Assembly (NCBI GenBank): GCA_938091905.1
Contig: CALKOM010000023.1
Location: 77,082 to 141,081, forward strand
Reading direction: 5' to 3'
Length of the DNA stretch: 64,000 bases
DNA from: an uncultured Verrucomicrobiales bacterium
Lineage (GTDB): Bacteria; Verrucomicrobiota; Verrucomicrobiia; Verrucomicrobiales; DEV007
The position numbers and the translations under genes were made by a program. Position 1 is the stretch's first letter. Each line of letters begins with the position of its first letter. Under the pieces are notes generated by a model. That model was not told where the DNA came from, did not search any database, and was given only the letters and a program-made list of their open reading frames with translations. Shown here piece by piece: positions 48,979 through 57,638 of this stretch.

Positions 48979-49593
48979 ATGCATAGCGAACTCACCCCCT
49001 GTGACCCCAACGATACCCTCCACGCCCTCGCGGCGAGTGTTGGGGTGCTGCTGCATGGAGTTCCACGGGATCAACGCGCAGTCTTACCAGGATTTGACTC
49101 ACCAGAATCTCGAGAACAGGCCTGGCATCGATTCGTCACCGAGAACTTACGTCCGGTGCAAGCTACCATTTATGAGGCTTATCAAGGCGCCATCGCCAAT
49201 CGTCTCGAGGATATTCTTTCTGTTGCTTGGAAGGATCCGTTGCCCCAATCGGCGCTTGAGCTCACCCAGACGATCCTGGTCACCTCCCATGGCGCGCGCC
49301 ATGAGCGAGTTTTGAGCAAACTCGCTCATGCTGCCCCTTCAGCTCAGAGTCATCCCTGTGTGGCCCTCGCCGTGCGAGCTGCAGCGTTTAACGAACCCGT
49401 CGTCGCGGCTCAAGTCGCCTATTTTTACCAGGAATGGCAGGCCGCTAGCTCAGGCATCGGGCCAACGCCTCTGCTGGCATTTTTGGAGAGCCAGCCAGCC
49501 ACCCTCCTCACCCTTTCCCCCGCACTCCTCTCAGATCCCCAGTCCCCATTCATGGCAGCCTCCCAGCAACAGGATCAGCAACACCATGGTTAG
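48979..49593 (+). CDS. Hypothetical helical protein, possibly UreF-like
   Basis: 204-aa helical ORF containing HPCVALAVRAAAF. Its end overlaps the clpS start region. Confidence 0.5.
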   Translation: MHSELTPCDPNDTLHALAASVGVLLHGVPRDQRAVLPGFDSPESREQAWHRFVTENLRPVQATIYEAYQGAIANRLEDILSVAWKDPLPQSALELTQTILVTSHGARHERVLSKLAHAAPSAQSHPCVALAVRAAAFNEPVVAAQVAYFYQEWQAASSGIGPTPLLAFLESQPATLLTLSPALLSDPQSPFMAASQQQDQQHHG

Positions 49594-49912
49594 CCTCTCC
49601 CCACCGAGATCAATGAGTGATGGAGGCACGGTCACTGCCCCCGTCGAAGCCCCCAAGACCAAGACTGAGTCAACGCTCGACGTTCCCTGGAAAGTGATTG
49701 TCTACAATGATCCGGTGAACTTGATGAGCTTCGTTGTCTTCGTCATTCGAAAAGTCTTCGGCTACAACGAAGAGCACGCCCAGAAGCTCATGTTAGAAGT
49801 ACACGAGAAGGGAAAGTCTATCGTCTGGACGGGTTCTCGAGAGAAGGCCGAACTCTACGTCCAGCAATTGCAAGGATTCCAACTCCTCGCCGCGATGAAG
49901 CGGGATTCCTAA
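49586..49912 (+). CDS. clpS: ATP-dependent Clp protease adaptor ClpS
   Basis: WKVIVYNDPVNLMSFVVFVIRKVFGY and MLEVHEKGKSIV. Start at ATG 49586 or 49613. Confidence 0.93.
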   Translation: MVSLSPPRSMSDGGTVTAPVEAPKTKTESTLDVPWKVIVYNDPVNLMSFVVFVIRKVFGYNEEHAQKLMLEVHEKGKSIVWTGSREKAELYVQQLQGFQLLAAMKRDS

Positions 49913-49922
49913 CATCAACTAT

Positions 49923-50465
49923 ATGGACATCCTCCCTTTGCCAGATGGCGGGCTGCGCTTTCTGGAAGTCCCAGCAGCCTTCTATGAGCAACTCTCCTTG
50001 CTCTCACAGACGTGCGATCCCAATGATGATCCAACAATTGTAGCGCGCCTCTACCCTCACCCACTTGATCCGAACGAGGAACCCAAAGACCGAGAGAAGG
50101 CCGAAGAAGACTGGTCCGACTTTGTCCGACCAGAACTTGAGGCTGCCTTTGACACCCATATGCTCACGGTGATGAACGACTTGGCAGAGGCCAATCTCGA
50201 AGCCACCGATGACGATCCAGACAACTCTGATGACGAGGTTTACTATCGGTTAGAGATTCCGAGCGACCACACTCATGCCTGGTTTCAAGTGCTCAATCGC
50301 GCTCGCATCGTTCTCGCGATGAAGCATCGTCTCCCTCTCTCCGAACACCCGCTTGGAGAAGACGAGGAAGTCTCACTCCAGCGTCTCCTGGCGGCGCACC
50401 TGAGCGATTCCTTTGCTGAGATATCCGAGATCCTCGTCCATCTGATGACGGACGAGCTGAGTTAA
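49923..50465 (+). CDS. DUF2017-like protein
   Basis: RLYP...DW...VRPEL and AWFQVLNRARIVLA, located directly after clpS. Confidence 0.7.
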   Translation: MDILPLPDGGLRFLEVPAAFYEQLSLLSQTCDPNDDPTIVARLYPHPLDPNEEPKDREKAEEDWSDFVRPELEAAFDTHMLTVMNDLAEANLEATDDDPDNSDDEVYYRLEIPSDHTHAWFQVLNRARIVLAMKHRLPLSEHPLGEDEEVSLQRLLAAHLSDSFAEISEILVHLMTDELS

Positions 50466-50493
50466 TTTCGGCTCAGACATTCTGAACAAAACA

Positions 50494-53400
50494 CTAGCCT
50501 GAAACCCGAACGCGGTAGAACCCTAACGGGGCTAAGGCACGCTCCGCATTTGTATCGCTGAAGCTTGTCGTGCCTGTGCCAGATGCTGGAACAGCCGCAT
50601 CGGTAATCACGGTCCATGTGGCCGTGGTCAAATCCATGCTGTATTCGACCACGTAGGCCTTACCGCCAACACTCGTCCAGGTCATTGAAGCCCCATCCAC
50701 GGTTCTGCTTGCTGCCGTGAAGTGAAGGTAATCAGTGGGGTCGTTTGGATCAGTTCCAGCCAAAGCTTCCTCCCCATTCGTCGCGCCATCACCGTCCTCA
50801 TCTCCGCCAGGAAGCAAGTCAACCTCACCATTGGGAAGTCCAGGGGTAGCGGCGAACTGCTGTCCAAAGAAATCTACGCCGTAGGACAAACCCGTGGGGA
50901 CTTCACCAGCAATGTCCCCGCCGAACCAAGCATTCAGGTCGTTCGCATTCGTATTGCCCAACTTGCGTGACACATTGTCCGGCCCAAACGTCTCCTGACC
51001 TAATTGCGCACTGACGTAAGCAAGACCATCAAAACCCTGGGCGACGTCGTCGTAATTGAGGATAGCCAGGCTATCAAGCACTCCATCGACACTTCCATCT
51101 CCCACCGTCCAAGGCAGTGGAGACGCCTCGGAAGCATCAAAAGTGCCGTCATCATTCTCATCCAGGTCCTGACCAACCGCACCTGTGAAGCCCTTGACGA
51201 AAACCATTGTGAAACTGTTATTAGGACCAATATTATCATTTCCCAAATCCAACGGATCGCCGACCGCAGTGACGCTCGCATTGATAGCCTCACCAAAAGG
51301 GACTTCTGGCACAAGGCCTCCGTGCAAGCTCCGATCCCAATAGGCAAGGGTACCTGGACTGTAGCCATTGCCTAGCAAGAGAAGGCCATTCGTTCCCGTG
51401 GCCATGCCATCGAGATTCCAAAACTCAAGAATCTCACCACCCCTGCCACCGGCGTTCTCTATCATGACCAACGTGTGATCGTGGGTCGACTGACGGCTAC
51501 CACTGGCACTGAGGATCTCAATATATTCGTAGTGGTTGTCGTTTCCGGGAGGATTGACATGAACTTCATTGATGAGCAGTTTGCTACTTTGCACACTAGC
51601 CGCTGTGTTAAACCGCCCTGGAGTGGCTTCTCCCACGAAGGGCCCGAAGGATTCGCCGTAGACCACGCTCGTGTCTTCGGTCCCGGCTAGGGTGCCGCCA
51701 TACCAAGCGCCCACACTATTGGGCTCAAGGTTAGAAGGGAGGCGACTGATCGTGTCCGGAATCAATCCGGCACCATTCAAATTTGCAATGTCTGTCGTTT
51801 GGTTAAACTCAGCACCAAAGCCGACAGCATCCATGACGGAATCCCAAGGTGCCGCATCAAAGACACCATCATCATTCGTGTCAATGTCGGTGCCAGCACC
51901 ACCAGAGAATCCTTCGACCAAGAGAATCGCGAGGCTCTCATTGTTGCCCGGGCCAATATCTCCGACCGTGAGCCCAGCAGGATCTTCTGCATGCGTGCGT
52001 GATGTCGTCACGAATGGAACGAAATCATTGTATCCATCACCGATCAGCATGAGACCGTTTGAACCCGTCGTTAGGCCGCGAAGATCTAACACATTCCTTA
52101 TCTCACCCTTGGTCGCTCCATCCACATCAACGATGAGCAAACTCAGATCTTGGAGAGGGGTGAATGTGCGGGTGGCGCTAAGAAGCTCGATATATTCAAA
52201 AATAGTATCCGGCACAGGAACTGGATCCAGATGCACCTCATTGATCACGATAGGTGACTGAGCAGGCGTTTCAGTTAGGTTCGGCAATCCAGGAGTGACC
52301 TGACCGCGAAAGTCTCCAAAGAACCGGTTAGGCCGGTAGGCAATACCAGTAGAACTGTCACCACCGATGTTTCCCCCTTGCCAAGCTGCTGCTGAGTTCG
52401 AAGAAAGATCGCCGGGCTTTCGGAATATCGAGTCTGGATGAAAGGGATCAGGCAGTGGAGGCGTGACGTCAGCAAGTGCGTAAGTAGCACTGACGATCAC
52501 GGTCGAATCTTCTAAACTCAACTGCGCGTAGCCAACGCTATCAAGAATGCCATCCGCACCCCCTGATTGATCCCAAGGCCTAGTATCCAAAGTACCGTCA
52601 TCATCAGTATCAAGATCCGTTCCCGCTCCTAAAGCGTCATTGGCCTTACCGGTAAAGCTCTTCACGAGCAGAAGAGAAATGCCCGTATTGGAAGCGATAT
52701 CTTCATCCCCCATGCCACTCGGTTCAAAGATGGCCGTGTCCTTAGAAATGACATCCTTCCAGGGATTGGAAGACCGGGTGTAGTTGTTTCCCAAGACGAG
52801 CAAACCATTGATACCAGTGTTTTGCCCGCTCAGATCCCAAGCTTCAAGGACTTCACCAACGACGCCACCATTGCTGTTCGAGTCTATCACGAGCACCCAG
52901 AGACCGTCCGTGGTCGTGATGCCACCCGAGGTACTGATCAGTTCAACAAACTCGTTATTGGCATCCTCTCCGGCAGGATTTACCAAGACTTCATTGAATC
53001 GCAACGGATTCTCCAAAGGAGGTCCTTGGTTTGGCAGTCCAGGTGTCGCCGCACCCGTAAACGGGCCAAAGGGATCGTCATAGGTCAGCGAAGTGAGACC
53101 CTCCGTATCCAAGATGTTCCCGCCATACCAAGCGTCGGCCGTATTCGCGATCGTGTTTGCAGCGCTCCGGCTGATGTTGTCTGGCGATCCTCCTGCTGAC
53201 AATATGGTTTCGTAAGGATTGTCTCCGTAAGCAACACTGTCAATCAAAGTGGCCCAAGGACGAGAGTCGAGCAAGCCGTCATTGTTTGTGTCTAAGTCGT
53301 TCGTATTTGCCCCGGTGAAACCTTCCACAAGAAGAACGGAGAGGCCGCCTTTCGGCCCAATGTCGCCGTCACCACCAGCACCACGCACGGCCGCGAAGTC

Positions 53401-53739
53401 TGCCCTCTCAGTCTCTGGGGCTACTGTCCAAGGCACCGCAGCATCAAATCCCAGCCCAATTAAGAGAAGGCCATTGGCACCTGACTGCAATCCATTAAGC
53501 CTGACATGTTCCGTAATATTACCTACATTGTTTCCATTGGAGTCCACGAAAAGCACCGCGAGATTACCCAATGTCTGCGCCTCGGGGATACCCGCATCAC
53601 TGACAGTTAGAATTTCTAGATATTGGTGCGTGGCGTCTGAACCTCCAGGCGGGTTGAGGTGCACTTCGTTGAGAAGGACTCGGGCTTGCACAGGCAAGGT
53701 GACAACGGCCAGAAATAGGGCAATTAGGCGGGCTCTCAT
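50494..53739 (-). CDS. Secreted protein of four tandem lamin-tail-like (LTD) modules plus PVC-type C-terminal module
   Basis: Signal peptide and four repeats running from NEVx(L/V)(N/D)P through (Y/F)(L/V/I)E(I/L) to (A/V)TPG(L/R)xN, each with a DxDxxDDG loop. C-terminal DEDGDGATNGEEALAGTDP...FYRVRV. Confidence 0.8.
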   Translation of the reverse strand: MRARLIALFLAVVTLPVQARVLLNEVHLNPPGGSDATHQYLEILTVSDAGIPEAQTLGNLAVLFVDSNGNNVGNITEHVRLNGLQSGANGLLLIGLGFDAAVPWTVAPETERADFAAVRGAGGDGDIGPKGGLSVLLVEGFTGANTNDLDTNNDGLLDSRPWATLIDSVAYGDNPYETILSAGGSPDNISRSAANTIANTADAWYGGNILDTEGLTSLTYDDPFGPFTGAATPGLPNQGPPLENPLRFNEVLVNPAGEDANNEFVELISTSGGITTTDGLWVLVIDSNSNGGVVGEVLEAWDLSGQNTGINGLLVLGNNYTRSSNPWKDVISKDTAIFEPSGMGDEDIASNTGISLLLVKSFTGKANDALGAGTDLDTDDDGTLDTRPWDQSGGADGILDSVGYAQLSLEDSTVIVSATYALADVTPPLPDPFHPDSIFRKPGDLSSNSAAAWQGGNIGGDSSTGIAYRPNRFFGDFRGQVTPGLPNLTETPAQSPIVINEVHLDPVPVPDTIFEYIELLSATRTFTPLQDLSLLIVDVDGATKGEIRNVLDLRGLTTGSNGLMLIGDGYNDFVPFVTTSRTHAEDPAGLTVGDIGPGNNESLAILLVEGFSGGAGTDIDTNDDGVFDAAPWDSVMDAVGFGAEFNQTTDIANLNGAGLIPDTISRLPSNLEPNSVGAWYGGTLAGTEDTSVVYGESFGPFVGEATPGRFNTAASVQSSKLLINEVHVNPPGNDNHYEYIEILSASGSRQSTHDHTLVMIENAGGRGGEILEFWNLDGMATGTNGLLLLGNGYSPGTLAYWDRSLHGGLVPEVPFGEAINASVTAVGDPLDLGNDNIGPNNSFTMVFVKGFTGAVGQDLDENDDGTFDASEASPLPWTVGDGSVDGVLDSLAILNYDDVAQGFDGLAYVSAQLGQETFGPDNVSRKLGNTNANDLNAWFGGDIAGEVPTGLSYGVDFFGQQFAATPGLPNGEVDLLPGGDEDGDGATNGEEALAGTDPNDPTDYLHFTAASRTVDGASMTWTSVGGKAYVVEYSMDLTTATWTVITDAAVPASGTGTTSFSDTNAERALAPLGFYRVRVSG

Positions 53740-53924
53740 GAGGTTGGGTAGGTGAGACTACGGGGCTGGTTCGGCCGAGACAAGGGGAAGTCTGGCCAGG
53801 TGACAATTTAGTTTGATTGCGGTAACAATGCAACTACACCACACCCGAGCTTTTCACCGATGAGTATCTCGTGAGAAGACGATGACAGAATTGGTACCCG
53901 CGCTACGTAGGCGTTTGGCCCAAT

Positions 53925-55619
53925 CTAGAGGCCTTTATCCGTGACCGCCCCTTCCGAGGCCGAGGTTACTGTCTGGGCATATTTGGCCAAGACACCACGC
54001 CGATAACGAGGTTCTGGCTGCGTCCACGCCACCTTGCGCTTGGCCAGTTCGTCATCGCTGACTCCGAGCTCAATAGTGTGCTTTTGCCCATCGATCGTGA
54101 TCGAATCGCCCTCATGAATGAGCCCTATAGGCCCACCAACATAAGCTTCTGGACTGATGTGCCCCACCACAAAGCCGTGACTACCACCTGAGAATCGGCC
54201 GTCAGTGATCAGCGCCACCTTATCGCCCAGTCCGCGTCCCATCACTGCCGACGTCGGACCAAGCATTTCACGCATTCCAGGACCGCCCTTCGGCCCTTCC
54301 ATCCGGATGACGATCACATCGCCTTCGACAATATCGCCATCGAGAATCGCCTTCATGGACGTTTCTTCAGAATCAAAGACGCGCGCTCTTCCCGTGAAGG
54401 CCTCGCCTTCTTTGCCACTAATCTTGGCCACCGCACCGTCAGGCGCGAGATTTCCATACAGAACCACCAAATGGCTATCCTTCTTGATCGGATTGTCCAA
54501 CGAACGGATAATATCCTGCCCATCGGGATAGTCGTAGTCCACCTTAGCAAGGTTCTCCGCCATGGTCTTGCCCGTCACGGTCATGCAATCACCGTGAATG
54601 AGCCCAGCTGCTAACAAACGCTTCATCAGCGGCAAGGTCCCGCCAATCTCAACCAATTTCGCCATGACATACTTGCCACTGGGCTTGAGATCTGCGAGAA
54701 CCGGGGTCTTTGCGCCGATCCTGGTAAAATCATTAATCGACAGTTCAACTCCCGCTGTATGAGCCATTGCTAACAAATGCAATACGGCGTTGGTTGATCC
54801 ACCTAACGCGATCACCAGAGTAATCGCATTCTCAAAAGACTTCCGCGTAAGGATGTCCGACGGCTTGATTCCCAGCTTCAGCATGTTTAGCACCGCCGCA
54901 CCGGCATCAAAGCAATCGCGCATCTTATCATCGGACACCGCAGCTTGTGCCGAGCTGTTCGGCAAACTCATGCCAAGCGCTTCAATAGCGGAGGCCATCG
55001 TGTTTGCGGTGTACATTCCCCCGCAAGAACCCGCACCGGGAATCGCACAAGCCTCGATCGCTTGCAATTCCTCGTCGTCGATCTCCTTGTTCGCGTGTTT
55101 GCCCACGGCTTCGAATACGGAAACCACGTCCACATCTTGGTCACAGTGTTTACCAGGCAATATCGTCCCCCCATAGACAAACACGCTGGGGCGGTCCAAT
55201 CGAGCTAGAGCCATAAGACAGGCCGGCATGTTCTTATCACAGCCACCGATCGCCACCACGCCATCCAGGCCTTCGCAAGCCGCCACCGTCTCGATGGAGT
55301 CGGCGATGACTTCTCGAGAAACGAGAGAGTATTTCATCCCCTCCGTCCCCATGGAGATGCCATCAGAAATGGTGATCGTATTGAAGATCATCGACTTGCC
55401 GCCTGCGGCGTCCGCGCCTTTGGCGGCTTCCAAGGCAAGCCGGTCAATGTGCATGTTACACGGCGTAACCTGACTCCACGTCGAGGCGATGCCAATCTGC
55501 GGCTTCTGAAAGTCGTCGCGATTGAAACCGACCGCATGCAACATGGCGCGGCTTGCCGCACGGTCAGCACCATCGACAACTTGAGAGGAATGTGGACGTG
55601 GAAGAGAGTCTTGAGACAT
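53925..55619 (-). CDS. ilvD: Dihydroxy-acid dehydratase
   Basis: [37 protein letters not shown] and TDGRFSGG. Confidence 0.97.
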   Translation of the reverse strand: MSQDSLPRPHSSQVVDGADRAASRAMLHAVGFNRDDFQKPQIGIASTWSQVTPCNMHIDRLALEAAKGADAAGGKSMIFNTITISDGISMGTEGMKYSLVSREVIADSIETVAACEGLDGVVAIGGCDKNMPACLMALARLDRPSVFVYGGTILPGKHCDQDVDVVSVFEAVGKHANKEIDDEELQAIEACAIPGAGSCGGMYTANTMASAIEALGMSLPNSSAQAAVSDDKMRDCFDAGAAVLNMLKLGIKPSDILTRKSFENAITLVIALGGSTNAVLHLLAMAHTAGVELSINDFTRIGAKTPVLADLKPSGKYVMAKLVEIGGTLPLMKRLLAAGLIHGDCMTVTGKTMAENLAKVDYDYPDGQDIIRSLDNPIKKDSHLVVLYGNLAPDGAVAKISGKEGEAFTGRARVFDSEETSMKAILDGDIVEGDVIVIRMEGPKGGPGMREMLGPTSAVMGRGLGDKVALITDGRFSGGSHGFVVGHISPEAYVGGPIGLIHEGDSITIDGQKHTIELGVSDDELAKRKVAWTQPEPRYRRGVLAKYAQTVTSASEGAVTDKGL

Positions 55620-55692
55620 ATAAAAGCCCGAAGTTCAAACGGGACGGCAGCTTCGAACGCCGCCTGAGAACGGTCAAGGCGGAAACGGCCCC

Positions 55693-56352
55693 TTACTTTC
55701 GGCCCCAAACTTCCACTTCTACGTAGTGATTCAGCTCATTGGAGGTGCTGCCATTGGAATAGAGTCGCACATAGCGCCCCTTGACGCCGTTGCCCGCGAT
55801 CACCCGTCCACGATGAGTCTCCACATAGATTTGATCGTGGCCACGCCCCAGACCTGAGGAATTGTCATGGTCCGAATTATACAAAGTGATCTCCTCGCCA
55901 TCCGCTAGGTCTTGGTCATGGGACACTTGCACGACGACATCCACATAAGCCCGCATATTCTTATGTCTATGCCAGACCCAGATCCCGTGTATCTCAACAA
56001 TGTCTTCCAAGTCAATCTGGATCCACTGCTTGGTGCTGGTCAAACTCAACTCCAACATCGCGACTTTCTTCCCATCCGTGACTCTGCTCAACGCCTCTTC
56101 CGAGGCAGTGGTATCTATACTTTCCACCGGCTTACCAAGGGCTAGATTCTTCAGCCCTCGCGGCACAAGCAAAGGAGGCTGCTTCAGTTTTCGATCAAAG
56201 TTCTTAATGTCGATGTGACCACCTTTCACGTTGCTGGGATCGTAGAGTGGTTCAGGAAAGCTCGTCGTCAGCGGAACCAAATCGCGAGTCTCGACTGCGG
56301 ACACCAGCGAAGTCCCGATCAACAAACCAAGCCATCTTAGACTCTTCATCAT
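55693..56352 (-). CDS. Secreted discoidin / F5-8 type C-like domain protein
   Basis: Signal peptide, NLALGKPV, QWIQIDLE, GRYVRLYS and EVEVWG. Confidence 0.8.
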   Translation of the reverse strand: MMKSLRWLGLLIGTSLVSAVETRDLVPLTTSFPEPLYDPSNVKGGHIDIKNFDRKLKQPPLLVPRGLKNLALGKPVESIDTTASEEALSRVTDGKKVAMLELSLTSTKQWIQIDLEDIVEIHGIWVWHRHKNMRAYVDVVVQVSHDQDLADGEEITLYNSDHDNSSGLGRGHDQIYVETHRGRVIAGNGVKGRYVRLYSNGSTSNELNHYVEVEVWGRK

Positions 56353-56354
56353 GG

Positions 56355-57568
56355 TTAGAAATTCATCGGTGGCGGCGAACCATTGCCTTCGACCGCAGGC
56401 GGCCCAGCCGCAGCTTCGCCTTTTCCTCGGCTAGCAACCCACCAAGCCAACGCCCCCGCACCCACTAACAAAGGGATGCTTAGCATCGGCCGATAAGTGA
56501 ACCAAGCGATGGCGATCACGACCAGTGACAGGACACCAGCTAACGCAAAAGCGACGAATCCCGAGGCTCCACGTATGAGACTACCGATGAATGGGATCAC
56601 ATCGCCCTGCACCGCAAGCGGACCCACGATCGTTGCCAACCCCATGCCCATGATAAGAAAGCCACCCAGTCGCACTGCCCACGTGCGCATCTTCGCGGCA
56701 GTAACAGCCTTCTCGTTCATCTCGTCAGCCGACAGCATGCCCATTCGAATTTCATGCACCTCGCCACCACTAGAGGAGGTCCAAGGCGCAAAGCTTGAGC
56801 CCTCTTGCTCAGAGCGCACGGTCACTGCCGCGGGCTTCACCTGCTCAAAGCTTACTCGCACATCGCCAATAGCAGGGCTGTCAGGATTATCTCCAAGATA
56901 CCACCCCCCGTCATAAAGCGTGAAACGGGCTCTGTCTTCCTCAGGCAATTTAGCGAAATCCTCAGCCGTCAGCACAACATCTTCATCGTTGCTAACCTTA
57001 CGAGCTAGCGTCGCCGGGAGCCTAAACTCTCCTAACTGAATGACTTTCGCTAGAAACTCATCACTCTTCACGGACATGGATGAAGGATTCTCATGTCCTT
57101 GCGGTCTCTTAAAGTTGCTAGAATCAATCAAACTCTGAGACCAATTCTTCTTGTAACGATACTCCGTCGTCTTCGTCTCACTACCGCCTGCATTCTTCTC
57201 CGTCTTCGTCGAGGATTCTTCCTTCCATTGATACATTTCAGCCAGTCGTTTCAGTCGCAGAGCAGCGACCTGAACTTGAAAGTAGGGATCACGCACCTCC
57301 TCGTCCGTCGTCGCCCTGTCACTCACCACGACTAGCCTCCCTTCGTTCTCTGAAAGCACAGCCGAAGATGCCAGTTCTACGGCAGCTTCACGGGCTTCCG
57401 CTAGCCGCTTGTGATCTTTGACTGCACAGCCCTCATTAATAAAGAGAACAGGAAAGGACGCTAGAAAGAGGACGACACCAAAGACAATGCCCTTAATAGA
57501 TTGCCCTTAATAGATTGCCCTAGCCGGCCAAACAGGCCCCGGCGTGTAACTTCCGTGAATGTATCCAT
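56355..57568 (-). pseudogene. TMEM43 (LUMA) family membrane protein, frameshifted near the 5' end
   Basis: ATG at 57568 gives MDTFTEVTRRGLFGRLGQSIKG. Removing one 14-bp repeat unit continues IVFGVVLFLASFPVLFINEG...LSENEGRLV into the 56355-57359 ORF, which has EMYQWKEE, PAIGDVRVSF and TWAVRLGG. Confidence 0.85.
57488..57521. repeat. 14-bp tandem duplication (tgcccttaatagat x2 + tgccct)
   Basis: Read directly from the sequence. It causes the TMEM43 frameshift. Confidence 0.95.
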
Positions 57569-57638
57569 GAGAACTCTGGTAGATTACATCACCGGGATCG
57601 GAGGTCGATTGCAATCATCCCACGGTCTTGTAAGCACC

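Noticed and set aside
50494..57568. Proximity of a lamin-tail-domain gene and a TMEM43 homolog, which are nuclear-envelope partners in animals
   Set aside because: They are separated by ilvD and another gene, and bacterial LTD proteins are common and secreted. Most likely coincidence.
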